A program made the position numbers and the translations under genes. From assembly GCF_004010195.1 (NCBI RefSeq), contig NC_057756.1, forward strand, positions 5,073,852 through 5,137,851: a stretch of DNA of 64,000 nt. Reading direction: 5' to 3'. How positions within the stretch are numbered: the first letter of the stretch is position 1; every line of letters begins with the position of its first letter. Source of the stretch: Chiloscyllium plagiosum (taxonomy: Eukaryota). The notes below the pieces were generated by a model. The model did no database searches. It was not told the origin of the DNA and worked only from the letters and a program-made list of their open reading frames with translations. Shown piece by piece: positions 53,666 through 64,000 of the stretch.

Positions 53666-53923
53666 ATGGACCAGAGGCAGTCACTGTTGAACCCCCGGGG
53701 CCAAGTCACCTAGAACTGGGGCAATCGATTACATTACGTTGCTCTGCCCAATCCGTCCCTTCAGCTGCCTATAGATGGTCCAATGGTAATGGGCTGTTAG
53801 ACAGCGGACAAACGTACAACATTGAATCGACAAAGGAAAGTCCAGGTGGGAATTATACCTGTGAGGCTTATAACAACATAACCAAACAAACCAAAAGTGC
53901 TACTATAGAGGTAACTATTGAAG
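53666..53923 (+). CDS. Exon 10, IgC-type B4 domain
   Basis: 98-bp intron, acceptor tttttgtag, donor G|GTGAGT; YGPE...GQSITLRCSAQSVPSA.YRW...GNYTCEAYNNIT. Confidence 0.92.
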
Positions 53924-55560
53924 GTGAGTAAACGTTTCACCAAAACAGACTAACAGCATTTTGTCCATGTGCTTCATTCCATATTTTTGTTTCTTTTCTA
54001 TGTTGTTCTTTCTGTGTTTACTGGTAATAACAAATATTTCTTTCTAATGTAACAAAATAACAATATTGTCAATGTCTATGAGTTTCTACAGTCACATCAA
54101 TAACACAAAGTTTATACCTGCAGCACCATTCACAACTCCTCAGAGACTGGGGCAGCCCATATCCAAATGCAACAAGACCTGGACTATATTTGGATTCGGG
54201 CTGACAAAACAGCAAGTCAAATTCATACCACGCAAGTGCCATCAACAATAGCGAATCTATCTATCATTCTCTGACATTTGACAGCATTACCATCACTGAA
54301 AGCCGACTATCAATATCCTGGGGTTTACCATTGACCAGGGACTCAACTTGACTCGTCATATGTCGTGGCTACGAGACCAGGACAGAGGCTAGGAATCCTG
54401 CAGTGAGTAACTCAGCTCGTTACTCCCCAAAGCCTGTCCACCATCGATAAGGGATAAGTCAGGATTGTGATGAAATATTCCACACTTACCTGGATGAGTA
54501 CCGCTCCAACAACACTCAAGAAGCTCAACACCGTCCAGGATGAAAGGATTAGCTTGATTGGCACCACGTCCGCAAACACTTACTCCCTCCACCCACAATA
54601 CTCAGTGGCAGCAGTATGTACCATCTACAAGATGCACTGCAGAAGTTCACCTAAGCTGTTTAAACAGCACCTTCCAAATACATGACCATAATCATCTTGA
54701 AGGATGAGGGAAGCAGATGCATGGTCTAATAACCCCTCCCCCACCACCTCCCCCCCCCCCCCACCTCAAGTTCCCCTCCAAGCCATTCTCCATCCCGATT
54801 TGCAAATAGAGTCACAGAGTTTGTGTGGAATTTGCACATTCTCCCTATACCTGCGTGGGTTTCCTCCGGGTGCTCCGGTTTCCTCCCACAGTCCAAAGAT
54901 TAGGTGGATTGACCATGCTAAATTGGCAACAGTGACCAGGGCTGTGCAGGCTAGGGAGATAAGGCATGGGTTGTGCAGGGTGAAAGGGAAAGGAATGGAT
55001 CAAGGTGGGATGCTCTTTGGCGGGTCGATGGGCTGGATGGCCTGCTTCCTCACTCTCGGGATTCTCTGATTCTACTCCAGAGACTTGCTTGAGAGAGGGA
55101 CAAGACTTAATATTCCAGGACTTCGGTGTTTCAGGCAAGGTTGATGGGATATAAAAGGTCAGGTAAGGAAAAATATCCCAGCTGAAGGAAAACACCTTGA
55201 GAGAGCTTATCCAGCAAAGCTGAAAGGTGAGATCGCAGCAGTAGCAAGGGTGCAGGCCTCCCTACAGCCTCTGAGGTGCTTAAAAAGGTGATATAGGTAC
55301 AGATATGTGGACAGGTTATGGAAAAATGTACAGATCACGGGTGGGTGATGTTAACTTCCCCTACAGTGACTGAGGGTCCCTTGGTGCGAGGGTCTTGGAT
55401 GGGGGTGAGAAGGGGCAGTTGTTAGGTGTGTCCGGGGCAAATATGCAAACAGTTCAACGAGAGACAGGACCATATGAGATCTGGTATTGGGAATGAGCCC
55501 GGAGCTCTAAGTTTCAATGAGGGAGCATTTCAGGACCTAATGGCCATAATTCTGTACAAA

Positions 55561-55768
55561 TTTAAAAATCACACAACACCAGGTTACCATTGACCAGGGA
55601 CTCAACTTGACTCGTCATATGTAGTGGCTACGAGACCAGGATAGAGGCTAGGAATCCTGCAGTGATTCGAAAGCTAGTGCTTCCAAATAAACCTATTGGA
55701 CTATAACCTGGTGTTGTGGGATTTTTAACTTTGTACACCCCAGTCCAACACCGGCACCTCCAAATCAT
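55561..55768. mobile_element. Family A Penelope-type inverted ends enclosing an 82-bp local copy
   Basis: Left arm AAAAATCACACAACACCAGGTTA; right arm CGAAAGCTAGTGCTTCC...TTTTTAACTTTGTACACCCCAGTCC. Confidence 0.7.
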
Positions 55769-56519
55769 AATTCTTTAAGTTTTCAGTTACTCTTGGTCAG
55801 GATAAGATTAGTCCTGGAGTAAAAGACTAAACTGGGGGGGAGGCTAACTGCAGCAATACTAGGTAGGAGGTGGTGAACGTAGATTGGGGGCAGCTGTTTG
55901 AGAGTAAATCCACATTTGCCACAAAGGCCAGCTCAGGACCTGTGAAAATGAAGGATAAGGATGGCAAGGTTTGGGAACCTTGGATGACAAGAGAACTATG
56001 TTAGTATGCCTTTGAGCTTTGCCAAGTCAAAATCATGCTAACAATGGGGGGCCCTCTACCCAACAGACTACAGTGTTTCACGAAGACAACTCAACAACTT
56101 CACCAATGAAACTCAGGATCAGCAAAAAACGTTGACGCATCCAGCGGCACCCATGAATGATTTATTTCAAAACTGCGGTATCAAATTGGTAGCCAAAGAT
56201 GCTTCTTAGAAGTCCTCAGACAGTTGAGGAATCTTACTTTTTCGTATTCGTAAAAAATTCGTATTTTTTCAGCGTGCGTAACTTTGCCTCACAGAGAGTG
56301 CCAGAGGAAGGTGAACTTTGCAAGTGCAGAGTTCCCGGCTGATCTCAAGATTGCCATTCGGTACTCGATATCGCAACTCGAATGAACACTGGTCTTGTGA
56401 CAGGCATAGAGAAGGCTGGAGAAACTCAGCAGCGCCTGCAGAGGGAAAACAAACCAGCTCTGACAAAGAGTCATGCTGGACTCAAAAAGTGAACCCTGTT
56501 TGCCTCTCCACGGAAGCGA

Positions 56520-56716
56520 GGAGAAAGTGAGCCCTGCAGATCGCTGGAGATCAGAGTCGAGAGTGTGGTGCTGGAAAGGAACAGCCGGCCAGGCAGCATC
56601 CGAGGAGCATAAGCCTCATTCCCTGATGAACAGCTTATGCCCGAAACGTCGACTCTCCTGCTCCTCGGATGCTGCCTGACCGCCTGCGCTTTTCCAGCAC
56701 CGCACTCTCGACTCTC
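56520..56716. mobile_element. Fold-back pair of Penelope-type terminal repeats, family B
   Basis: GAGTCGAGAGTGTGGTGCTGGAAA...GCATCCGAGGAGCA is mirrored by TGCTCCTCGGATGC...TTTCCAGCACCGCACTCTCGACTC. Confidence 0.72.
56620..56654 (+). ncRNA. Hammerhead motif (family B) with mutated stem II, intron 10
   Basis: CTGATGA-A-CAGC-ttat-GCCC-GAA-ACGT-C-GAC. Confidence 0.5.
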
Positions 56717-58294
56717 CACAGAAGCTGCCAGACTCGCTGAGTTTCTCCAGTAATTGTCGATGCTGGTTTCAGATTTCGCATGTGGTTCGTTGCTTTCGTT
56801 TGAGCACAGCAAGGTTTGTGACTTATGGTTCTCATGCTAGAGAGATATCTTCCTGTCTCTGTTAACACTCATAGTCTGTAATGGTTCCCTTTACCTTCAA
56901 GTTATTGCTGTCTGATTCCAGCAGTTGGAAACCTCTTTTGTTCACACATTTGTATGTTGCTTTCTGTAAGTACACCCTCTCACTGGTAACTGCTACGATA
57001 TTAAAGGATATTCAACATTTAGAAACAGGGCAAAAAGAAGAGGTAGTGCGTTAGTGCTGATTGAGAGGAGTGAGTTCAGTGGATGTCTGCATCAGTAGGC
57101 AAGGAATGCAGAATCAGTTTGGGTCAAGTTCAGCAAAAGCAAGGAGCTACAGTTATTGGCCGAAATTGTCTCTCGGTTACCGAACCTCCATCGTCCTGTC
57201 AGAGCAGCAGTCGGACTGTTGACAGAGCAGGAAATTAGAGATGCAGTCATCATGTGGGACTTCAACCGATAGATGAGGGAATGCACCGATGCTGTGGAGG
57301 AGAAATTCCTGGAATTTCTATGGGATGATTTACTGCAGAAATACATTGAGGAACCAACATGGGCCACATTTTAGAACTTGTACAACGCAGTGAAAAAGGG
57401 GCGATTACTCTTGCTGCTGGTGAACTTTTCAGCAATGACAGGTTTTTACCAATCAGTTTGGGACGGTAGTAGTTCAATCGAAAATGAGTGTCTTAAGTTT
57501 AAACAAAGTCAGTTATGAGAGTTTGGGGGGATAAAAGGCCACGGTGAATGGAAAAACAAATGTATTAAAAGCACAGAAGACATGTCTACTGCTGCAAGGA
57601 TTAATGCTTGGATTGAAAGGAAAATCCATTCTTTTAAAGCAAAAAGGTAGAAGTTAGACTATTGAGGCAGGTTAAATGCAATGTAGTGATTGGAACCGGC
57701 TGGATCTTAAATTGGGCCAATCAGGGAGCCCCGGCTGACTGGTATTCGGGGATTCAGAGTCTACTCGCTTCAAGACCAAAATATTGAATATTTCCGAGGA
57801 GGCGGTCGGTATAAACCTTAGAGATCAAAGGACACGGGGAGAAAGCGAAAGCAGGGTTGTAGGATCAGCCGTCATCGTGTGAGTGATGCAGTAGGTTCGA
57901 TGGGCCAAATGGCCTACTCCTGCTCCTATTTGTAAAGTTTCTAGGGGGCAGGCCTAACCAGGTGACGATGTCCTCTCTTCATAATCTCTTACGAACGCAA
58001 CGGCCGTCACATGCTCTTATCATGGCACAATCAAGACCGTCTTGTAAATCCATTCTGCCGCGAAAGCACTGCTGTCTTAACCAGGGCCTGAACGGCCTCA
58101 TTATCCGGGCAATCATATCTAACACCGAAGGCACTGCATCACATAGATGGAGTGCAAGTCACCACTCATGGCTATGTTGCTTAACCCATGAGCTTAACCC
58201 AGGAGTCTGTCTTTGCATGTAACCCTGAAAGCCGAACAGTGCAGTATCAACTTCCAAGATGCACGCTCATTGGGTTCCTTATTTTCTTTTTCAG

Positions 58295-58412
58295 AAAAGG
58301 CCATAAAAAGCGAAACGTTGTCTGCTGGTGCCATAGCTGGCATCGTGATTGCAATTCTCGCCGTTCCTGTTATTGGGGGAACTGCGTGGTTTGTCAAAAA
58401 GAAGTTAAGCAG
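58295..58412 (+). CDS. Exon 11, transmembrane exon
   Basis: Acceptor ttttctttttcag; EKAIKSETLSAGAIAGIVIAILAVPVIGGTAWFVKKKLSR gives a hydrophobic span plus basic stop-transfer; phase-2 donor AG|GTAAGC. Confidence 0.92.
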
Positions 58413-61400
58413 GTAAGCGCATGATGTGCACATTTAATGAGCATCTTTTGCTGATTCACCTTTGCGTGTGCTAGTTTGAGATTATCTGCACGGCTCAGTC
58501 TTTGATCAGACCATCAGGTAAAGGAGCAGCATTTGGTCATTCTGCCCTAGGATTGGGGCTGTCCTGTTTCTCAAGCCCGTTCCCCAGGAGATGGAGAGGG
58601 GGACACAGAGTGGGGCAGGGAGGGGCTTGGTGGGTAGCAGAGGGCTGCACCAAATGAAGCAGCTGCCCCATCTAATACCTACCAGCAGGGGGCCTCTCAC
58701 TGGAACGGTTGGCTCTTTCAAGTGAAGAAGGCGGATGGTGGGGGAAGGGAAAACTGTCCTACGGCAGAGATTTCCCTCCTGACGTTCTCTCCATCCCCTG
58801 CCAAAGGTTCATTTCCTGCCCATTTTCCTGGCTTTCTGTAGCGCTGCACCAACCCCCCCCCCGCCCAAACACCGAATTCAGCTGCTGACCCTCTGCTCAG
58901 GGCTGGCATCTCTCGGAAGGGGCCCACGGTGAGCAGTTGGCGGAGAGAGGGTCACATTTCCAACAGAGCTTGGGACCAGCTAAATTCAGAACCACGTTTC
59001 CATAATTATCCATCCTGCTCCCGATGCTGCCTTGTGTTAGGGTGATGCACTCGGGCAGGACAAACAATACAGGGGGGACCATGTGATGACCCCAGGATGC
59101 AGCGATTGAACTTGATGTGTAAGTCCGTCCATCCCTTCAGGTCACAGGGACACAGGATACTCACCTTTATTAGCCGAGGCTTAGAGTTTAACAGGGAGGT
59201 GATTCTGGAACTGTATAAAACACTGGTTCGACCACAGCTAGGATATTGTGTGCAGTTGTACATTATAGAGGGGAACAGGATAGCACTGGAGAGGAGTCAG
59301 AGGGAGATTTACCAGGGGGTTGCCTAGGCTGCAGAGTTTTGGTTCTGAAGAGAGATTGGACCGACTGGGGTCGTTTCCCTCAGAGGAGACCGAGAGGGGG
59401 ACAGGATTGAGCTGTGTGGAACGATGTGGGGCATAGAGAGGGTAGACAGGAAGAGATGTTTCCCCTTGATGGAGTGAACGGGAGACGGGGGGGAGGGATA
59501 GTGTCATTGATTTAAGGAAAGGGGCCGGACGTTTAAAGTGAATGTGAGGAAAAAAAAATTTTTCACTCAGAGGGTAGTGGGAATCACTGCCTATAAGAGT
59601 AGAGATAGAGGCAGGAATCTATTGAAGAAGTATTTAGATGCTCACTTGCAATGCCAAGGCTATGGGGGCCAAGTACTGGGAAATGGGGTTAGAGCAATTA
59701 ACTGGTAGTTTTTGATATTTGGCAGGTCGAAAGGTTTTTTTTGACAGTGCTGTAAATCTCTATGATTCTATACACTACCTAACTGTGCTGTTAACCTTCA
59801 GCCACAGCCAATAGCTTCTCAATGATTCTCTTCATTTCAAGCATGTTTTGCACAGTCTGGGACTTTATTCCCATTGAGCTTTGCTCCCACCAATTTGTGC
59901 TGACGTTAAAAAAGTAATAATGTTGTTGTGCCAGCAGTTGGCCCATATCCCTTCATATCCACGTACCTATTCAGATCTCCAGGAGTCTCACTGCAGAGCG
60001 TTTGCACAATACTTGGTCAACAGAAACTACACGGTGTCACATCAGCAATCTTGGCACGGCAAATTTATGCCGCGTGTCTGTCTGATTCACTTTTCTCTTT
60101 AGTCGTTTGTGGGAGTGTGGGCGTTGCTGAGTCAGCCTTGGCTGTCCCTATGGAAGTACCCTTGCTGAGCCATTTCAGAGGGCAGTTAAGTTCAGAGGGC
60201 TGTGGAACGCACAGAAGTAGTTGTGGGTTTGGAATGTGCTGCCTAAGGATCTTTGGTGGACTCCTACAGTGCATCTTGTAGATGGTACATTCGGGGACTA
60301 CTGAGCGTCAGTGGCGGAGGAACTGGGTGTTGGTGGATGTGGTGCCAATCAAGCGGGGGCTGCTTTGTCCTGAGCGTTGTTGGAGCTGCCCCCATCCAGG
60401 GCAAGTGGGGGTGCATTCCAACACATTCCTGACTTGGGTTGTGTGAGGAGCTTTGGGAAATCAGGAGGTGAGACTCTCACTGCAGGATTCCCAGCCTCTG
60501 AGCTGCTCTTGTGGCTTTCATATGGTCAGTCCAGTTCAATTTCTAGTCAATGGTGACCTCCAGGATGTTGACAGTGAAGGATTCAGCGATGGTCACGCCA
60601 TTGAATGTCAAGGAGTGATGGCTAGATTCTCTCCTGTTGGAGGTGGTCACGTGTGTGCTGTCAATGTTACTCGCCTCTTGTCAACTGGATATTGGCCAGG
60701 TCTTGCTGCATTTGAACATGGACTGCTTCAGTACCTGAGGATTATTCATGGAGACTGGCTGCTGGGAGGGAGTGCAAGGTGGGAGGGAAAGCTGCATTTT
60801 CAGATGTGGATGCAGGAAATCTGGAGAGAGGGAAAGATCCGTGAGTGAAAGAGTCCAATGTGTTGTCAGTCAACTGTTGTGTTCTCCTGAGGTGCAGGAC
60901 TGCCTCAAATTCAGAGGGACCATGCCACTGCTGTTGGTCACATCTGCATACTTATGTCTTGTGGAGAATTTGTTCTCATCCTTCTATCACTGGAAGAGCT
61001 CGGCTGTTCAACCCCATTGACAGGCAAGAGAGAAGCTCCCAGCCTTCACTCCACTCCTATAGTAACCGAATCCTCAAGGAGCATGTTGCAGCCCCTTCAG
61101 CTAGAATAGGATGGAGTCTGCCGTGCTCCCAGAATCCTTTGCGAGTCCAGAGATAGGATGCCAATGCCTCAAGCATCCCAGAGACTCTGGTGAGCTGGAA
61201 CATGAGTGAGTCTGGTTTCTGATCACATGCACGGTCACACTGTCCCAGAATAGACATTGTGTAGAGGTCGATGAGTGTTAATTGTCTCAGCGTTGCTTGT
61301 GAAGCCAGGACAGGATGAATAGAAAGTTATGTTTTGTTCCGAAACGAACTGAAGGCATAGAAGGGATGTTATGTTTCAGTTATACAGGGACTGTAGCTGG

Positions 61401-61431
61401 AGTACTGTGTGCAGCACTGGTAACCGAACTC

Positions 61432-62000
61432 AGAGGCATGGAAACAGACCCTTCGGTCCAACTCCTCCATGCCAACCAGATATCTTAAACTAATCTAGCC
61501 CCATTTGCTAGTATTTTGCCCATATCCCTCTAATCCCTTCCTATTCATACACCCATCCAGATGCCTTTAAATGCTGTCATTGTACCAGCCTCCACCACTT
61601 CCTCTGGCAGCTCATTCCACACACGTACCACCCTCTGTGTGAACAAGTTGCCCCTGAGGTCCTTTTAAAATTTTTCCTCTTTCATCCTAAACCTATGCCC
61701 TCTAGTTCTGACTCCCCCACCCCAGGGGAAAGGCCTTGCCTATTTATCCTATCCAAGTGCCCTCATGGTTTTATAAACCTCTGTGAGGTGATGCCTCAGC
61801 CTCCGAAGCTCCAGAGCAAACAGCCCCAGCCTGTTCCGCCTCTCCCCATGCCTCAAGCCCTCCAACTCTAGCAACGTCCTTGTAAATCTTTTCTGAACCC
61901 TGTCAAATTTCACAGCATCTTTCCTGTCGCTGGGAGACCAGGATGGCACGCGGTATTCCAAAAGGGGCTGACTCAATGTGCTGTACAGCCGCAACATGAA
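61432..62000 (-). mobile_element. CR1-type LINE 3' end
   Basis: LRLYSTL..P.LEY.V..WSP..RKDAVK.DRVQKRFTR.L.ELEGL...ER.NRLGLF.LE.RRLR. Confidence 0.88.
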
Positions 62001-63007
62001 GTCCTAGTGCCCCTCACCCTATGCTGAAAGCATTTGAATGAATTCAGAGATTTATTAAGACCTGGAATGAGTAGATTGCCTTATGAGGAAAGGCTAAACC
62101 ATCTAGAACTGTATCCTCTGGAGTTCAGAAGAGTCACAAATGACTGAACGGAAAGATATAAGATCCTGAGGGGACGTGATCAGGTGGATATAGAAACGAT
62201 GCTTCCTCTTGTGGGAGAGCTGAGAACGAGGGGTACAAAATCAGAAATTGCTGGAAAAACTTAGCAGGTCTGGCAGCACCTGTGGAAAGGAAGCAGGGTG
62301 AACCTTTCAGGTCCAGGGACTGTTTGTTTTTGGTTTCGAGCACCTGCAGTGCTTTTTTATTTAATGTTTAGTCTCGAACTAGCGGTGAGAGTTCCAAAAT
62401 ACGGAGGTGCTGTTCAAAATAAGAAATGAGGAAATGTTTTTTCCTCTCTCAGAGGAAGTCTTTGGGCTGCCCTTCCGCATTTGGCAATAGATGCAGAATC
62501 TTTAACTATTTGGAAGGGAGACTGAGGTAGATTCTTGAGGACCAAAGGAGAGCACGATTATTATGGGAGGCGCAGGGATGTAGAATTGAGGTCCAAATCA
62601 GATCAGCCACGATCCTATTGAATGCTGGAGAGCGGGCTGGAGGGGCCGAGATGGTCTTCTCTTGTCCCTTGCTTGGATGACAGTCCCTGTTCAATTTTAG
62701 GAGCTGGGGGGGGGTAGCTTTGGAGAGCATGGCATTATTCAATGTTCTTAGGCTCCTAACCTAATCTAGTCCCATTTGCCAGCACCCGGCCCATATCCCT
62801 CTTAACCTTCCTATTCATATACCCATCCAGATGCCTTTTAAATGCTTTAATCCAAGTGAGGTTAGTTTAGATTGGGAGCATGGTTGGCAATTAGACCAAA
62901 GGGTCTGTTTCCGTGCTGTGTGACTCTTAAAAACAAGAACTGGGGCCACAGTTTACAAATAAGGGGTCAACTGCTGCAGTGAGAGATGAGGAGAAAGCAT
63001 TTTTTAT

Positions 63008-63310
63008 TAGATTAGATTCCATACCCTTCGGCCCAACAAGTCTACACCGACCCCCTGAAGAGTAACCCACCCAGACCCATTCCCCTAACCTACATTTACC
63101 CCTGACTAATGCACCAAACACTATGGGACAATTTAGCATGGCCAATTTACCTGACCTGCTCATCTTTGGATTGTGGGAGGAAACCAGAGCACCCAGAGGA
63201 AACGCAGACACGGGGAGAATGTGCAAACCACATAGACAGTCACCCGAGGCTGGAATCGAACCCAGCTTCCTGGCGTTGTGAGGCAGCAGTGCTAACCCAC
63301 TGAGCCACCA
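63008..63310 (-). mobile_element. HE1-like SINE
   Basis: Reverse complement of the same family. Confidence 0.85.
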
Positions 63311-63917
63311 GGTAAGATGGATCTTTAAGGATGTGGTCTGCCTTTCTGAGGAAGTGAGAGGTGTAGAGGGAGCCAATGGATGGAAGGCTGGTTCACCTGA
63401 TGGACTGTTCTCAACTCTCTGTAGTTTCCATATCAAGGTAGAATACTTTCCATGGCGCATCTATGAAGGTTAGTCAGAGGCTTTATGGACATGCGGGATC
63501 CCCTTTAACCCCTGAAGATGAAGAGGCATCAAGTTTGTTTGACACTGTCAGCATACGGTTCTGTTTGTTTACCCCGAGTGTACTTTGCTCATCTTGACCT
63601 GAAAGACCATCTGATATCTGTCTGACGAACGCAGTGCGGTGCTAAATTCCATACTGAAACCACTCCCCGGACAGGAAGTTTTATGGGAATTTCCCCATTT
63701 GATTTCTTGGCAGCCAGCTTGCAATGAGGAAACTAAGAACAAGATGTGGCCATTCAGCCCTTCGAACCTGCTCCGCACTTCAGCCTGTTGTGGCTGATCC
63801 TCTCTCGATGCCATGTCCTCCAATACCATTTCACTCAGAGGGCTTTGATCCCTTTGGAATTCTTGATCATAAAGACAAAGGTTTTGTGATACGATCGCTT
63901 GACTATTAATCCTATTA

Positions 63918-63953
63918 ATTCCTGATGAGGGGTCTCTGCCCGAAACTTCGACT
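63918..63953 (+). ncRNA. Hammerhead motif (family B) with broken palindrome
   Basis: TTC-CTGATGA-G-GGGT-ctct-GCCC-GAA-ACTT-C-GAC. Confidence 0.5.
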
Positions 63954-64000
63954 CTCCTGACCTGCTGCGCTTTTCCAGCGCCACATTTTTCGACTCTGAC

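Larger units (their letters stand above)
11746..58412 (+). other. Spliced gene model: CEACAM-like type I membrane glycoprotein, L-N-A1-B1-A2-B2*-A3-B3-A4-B4-TM; 3' end (cytoplasmic exons) not identified
   Basis: 11 exons with GT-AG boundaries join into one frame of 2621 nt (873 codons + 2 nt). All extracellular introns are phase 1. Cys-less IgV, the YGP(E/D) A/B junctions and the LSAGAIAGIVI TM start are CEACAM-family hallmarks. Orthology to a numbered CEACAM cannot be assigned. Confidence 0.88.

Noticed and set aside
4501..63310. Sense-strand bias of SINE copies
   Set aside because: Only about a dozen copies, too few to interpret.
58413..64000. Cytoplasmic ITIM/ITAM exons
   Set aside because: Candidate acceptors (about 58840, 60102, 62452) lead into repeat-derived or unconvincing sequence; a very small exon could have been missed.

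Overview
This is vertebrate genomic DNA, very likely from a shark or other cartilaginous fish: it carries HE1-type tRNA-derived V-SINEs, CR1-type LINEs, Penelope-like elements and three N gaps. Almost all entries in the ORF track are spurious, repeat-derived or exon fragments. The main feature is one spliced + strand gene (about 11746-58412, 11 exons, all GT-AG introns) encoding a CEACAM-like immunoglobulin-superfamily receptor. Its order is signal peptide, one cysteine-less IgV 'N' domain, eight IgC-type domains in four A-B pairs, and a CEACAM1-like transmembrane exon (about 874 aa so far; no cytoplasmic exons identified in the window). Unusual points: (1) the second B exon has intact splice sites and frame but has lost its core Trp and become an acidic, K/R-free segment with 7 sequons; (2) a 68-bp CCAAT-containing minisatellite of at least 4.7 kb ends about 90 bp before the ATG; (3) every B exon has an in-frame stop two codons past its donor; (4) several families of minimal hammerhead-ribozyme motifs of Penelope-like origin occur, some in the sense strand of the introns and inside fold-back structures; (5) an 82-bp local sequence has been copied between two inverted Penelope arms. 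All calls were made by eye; no database search was run.
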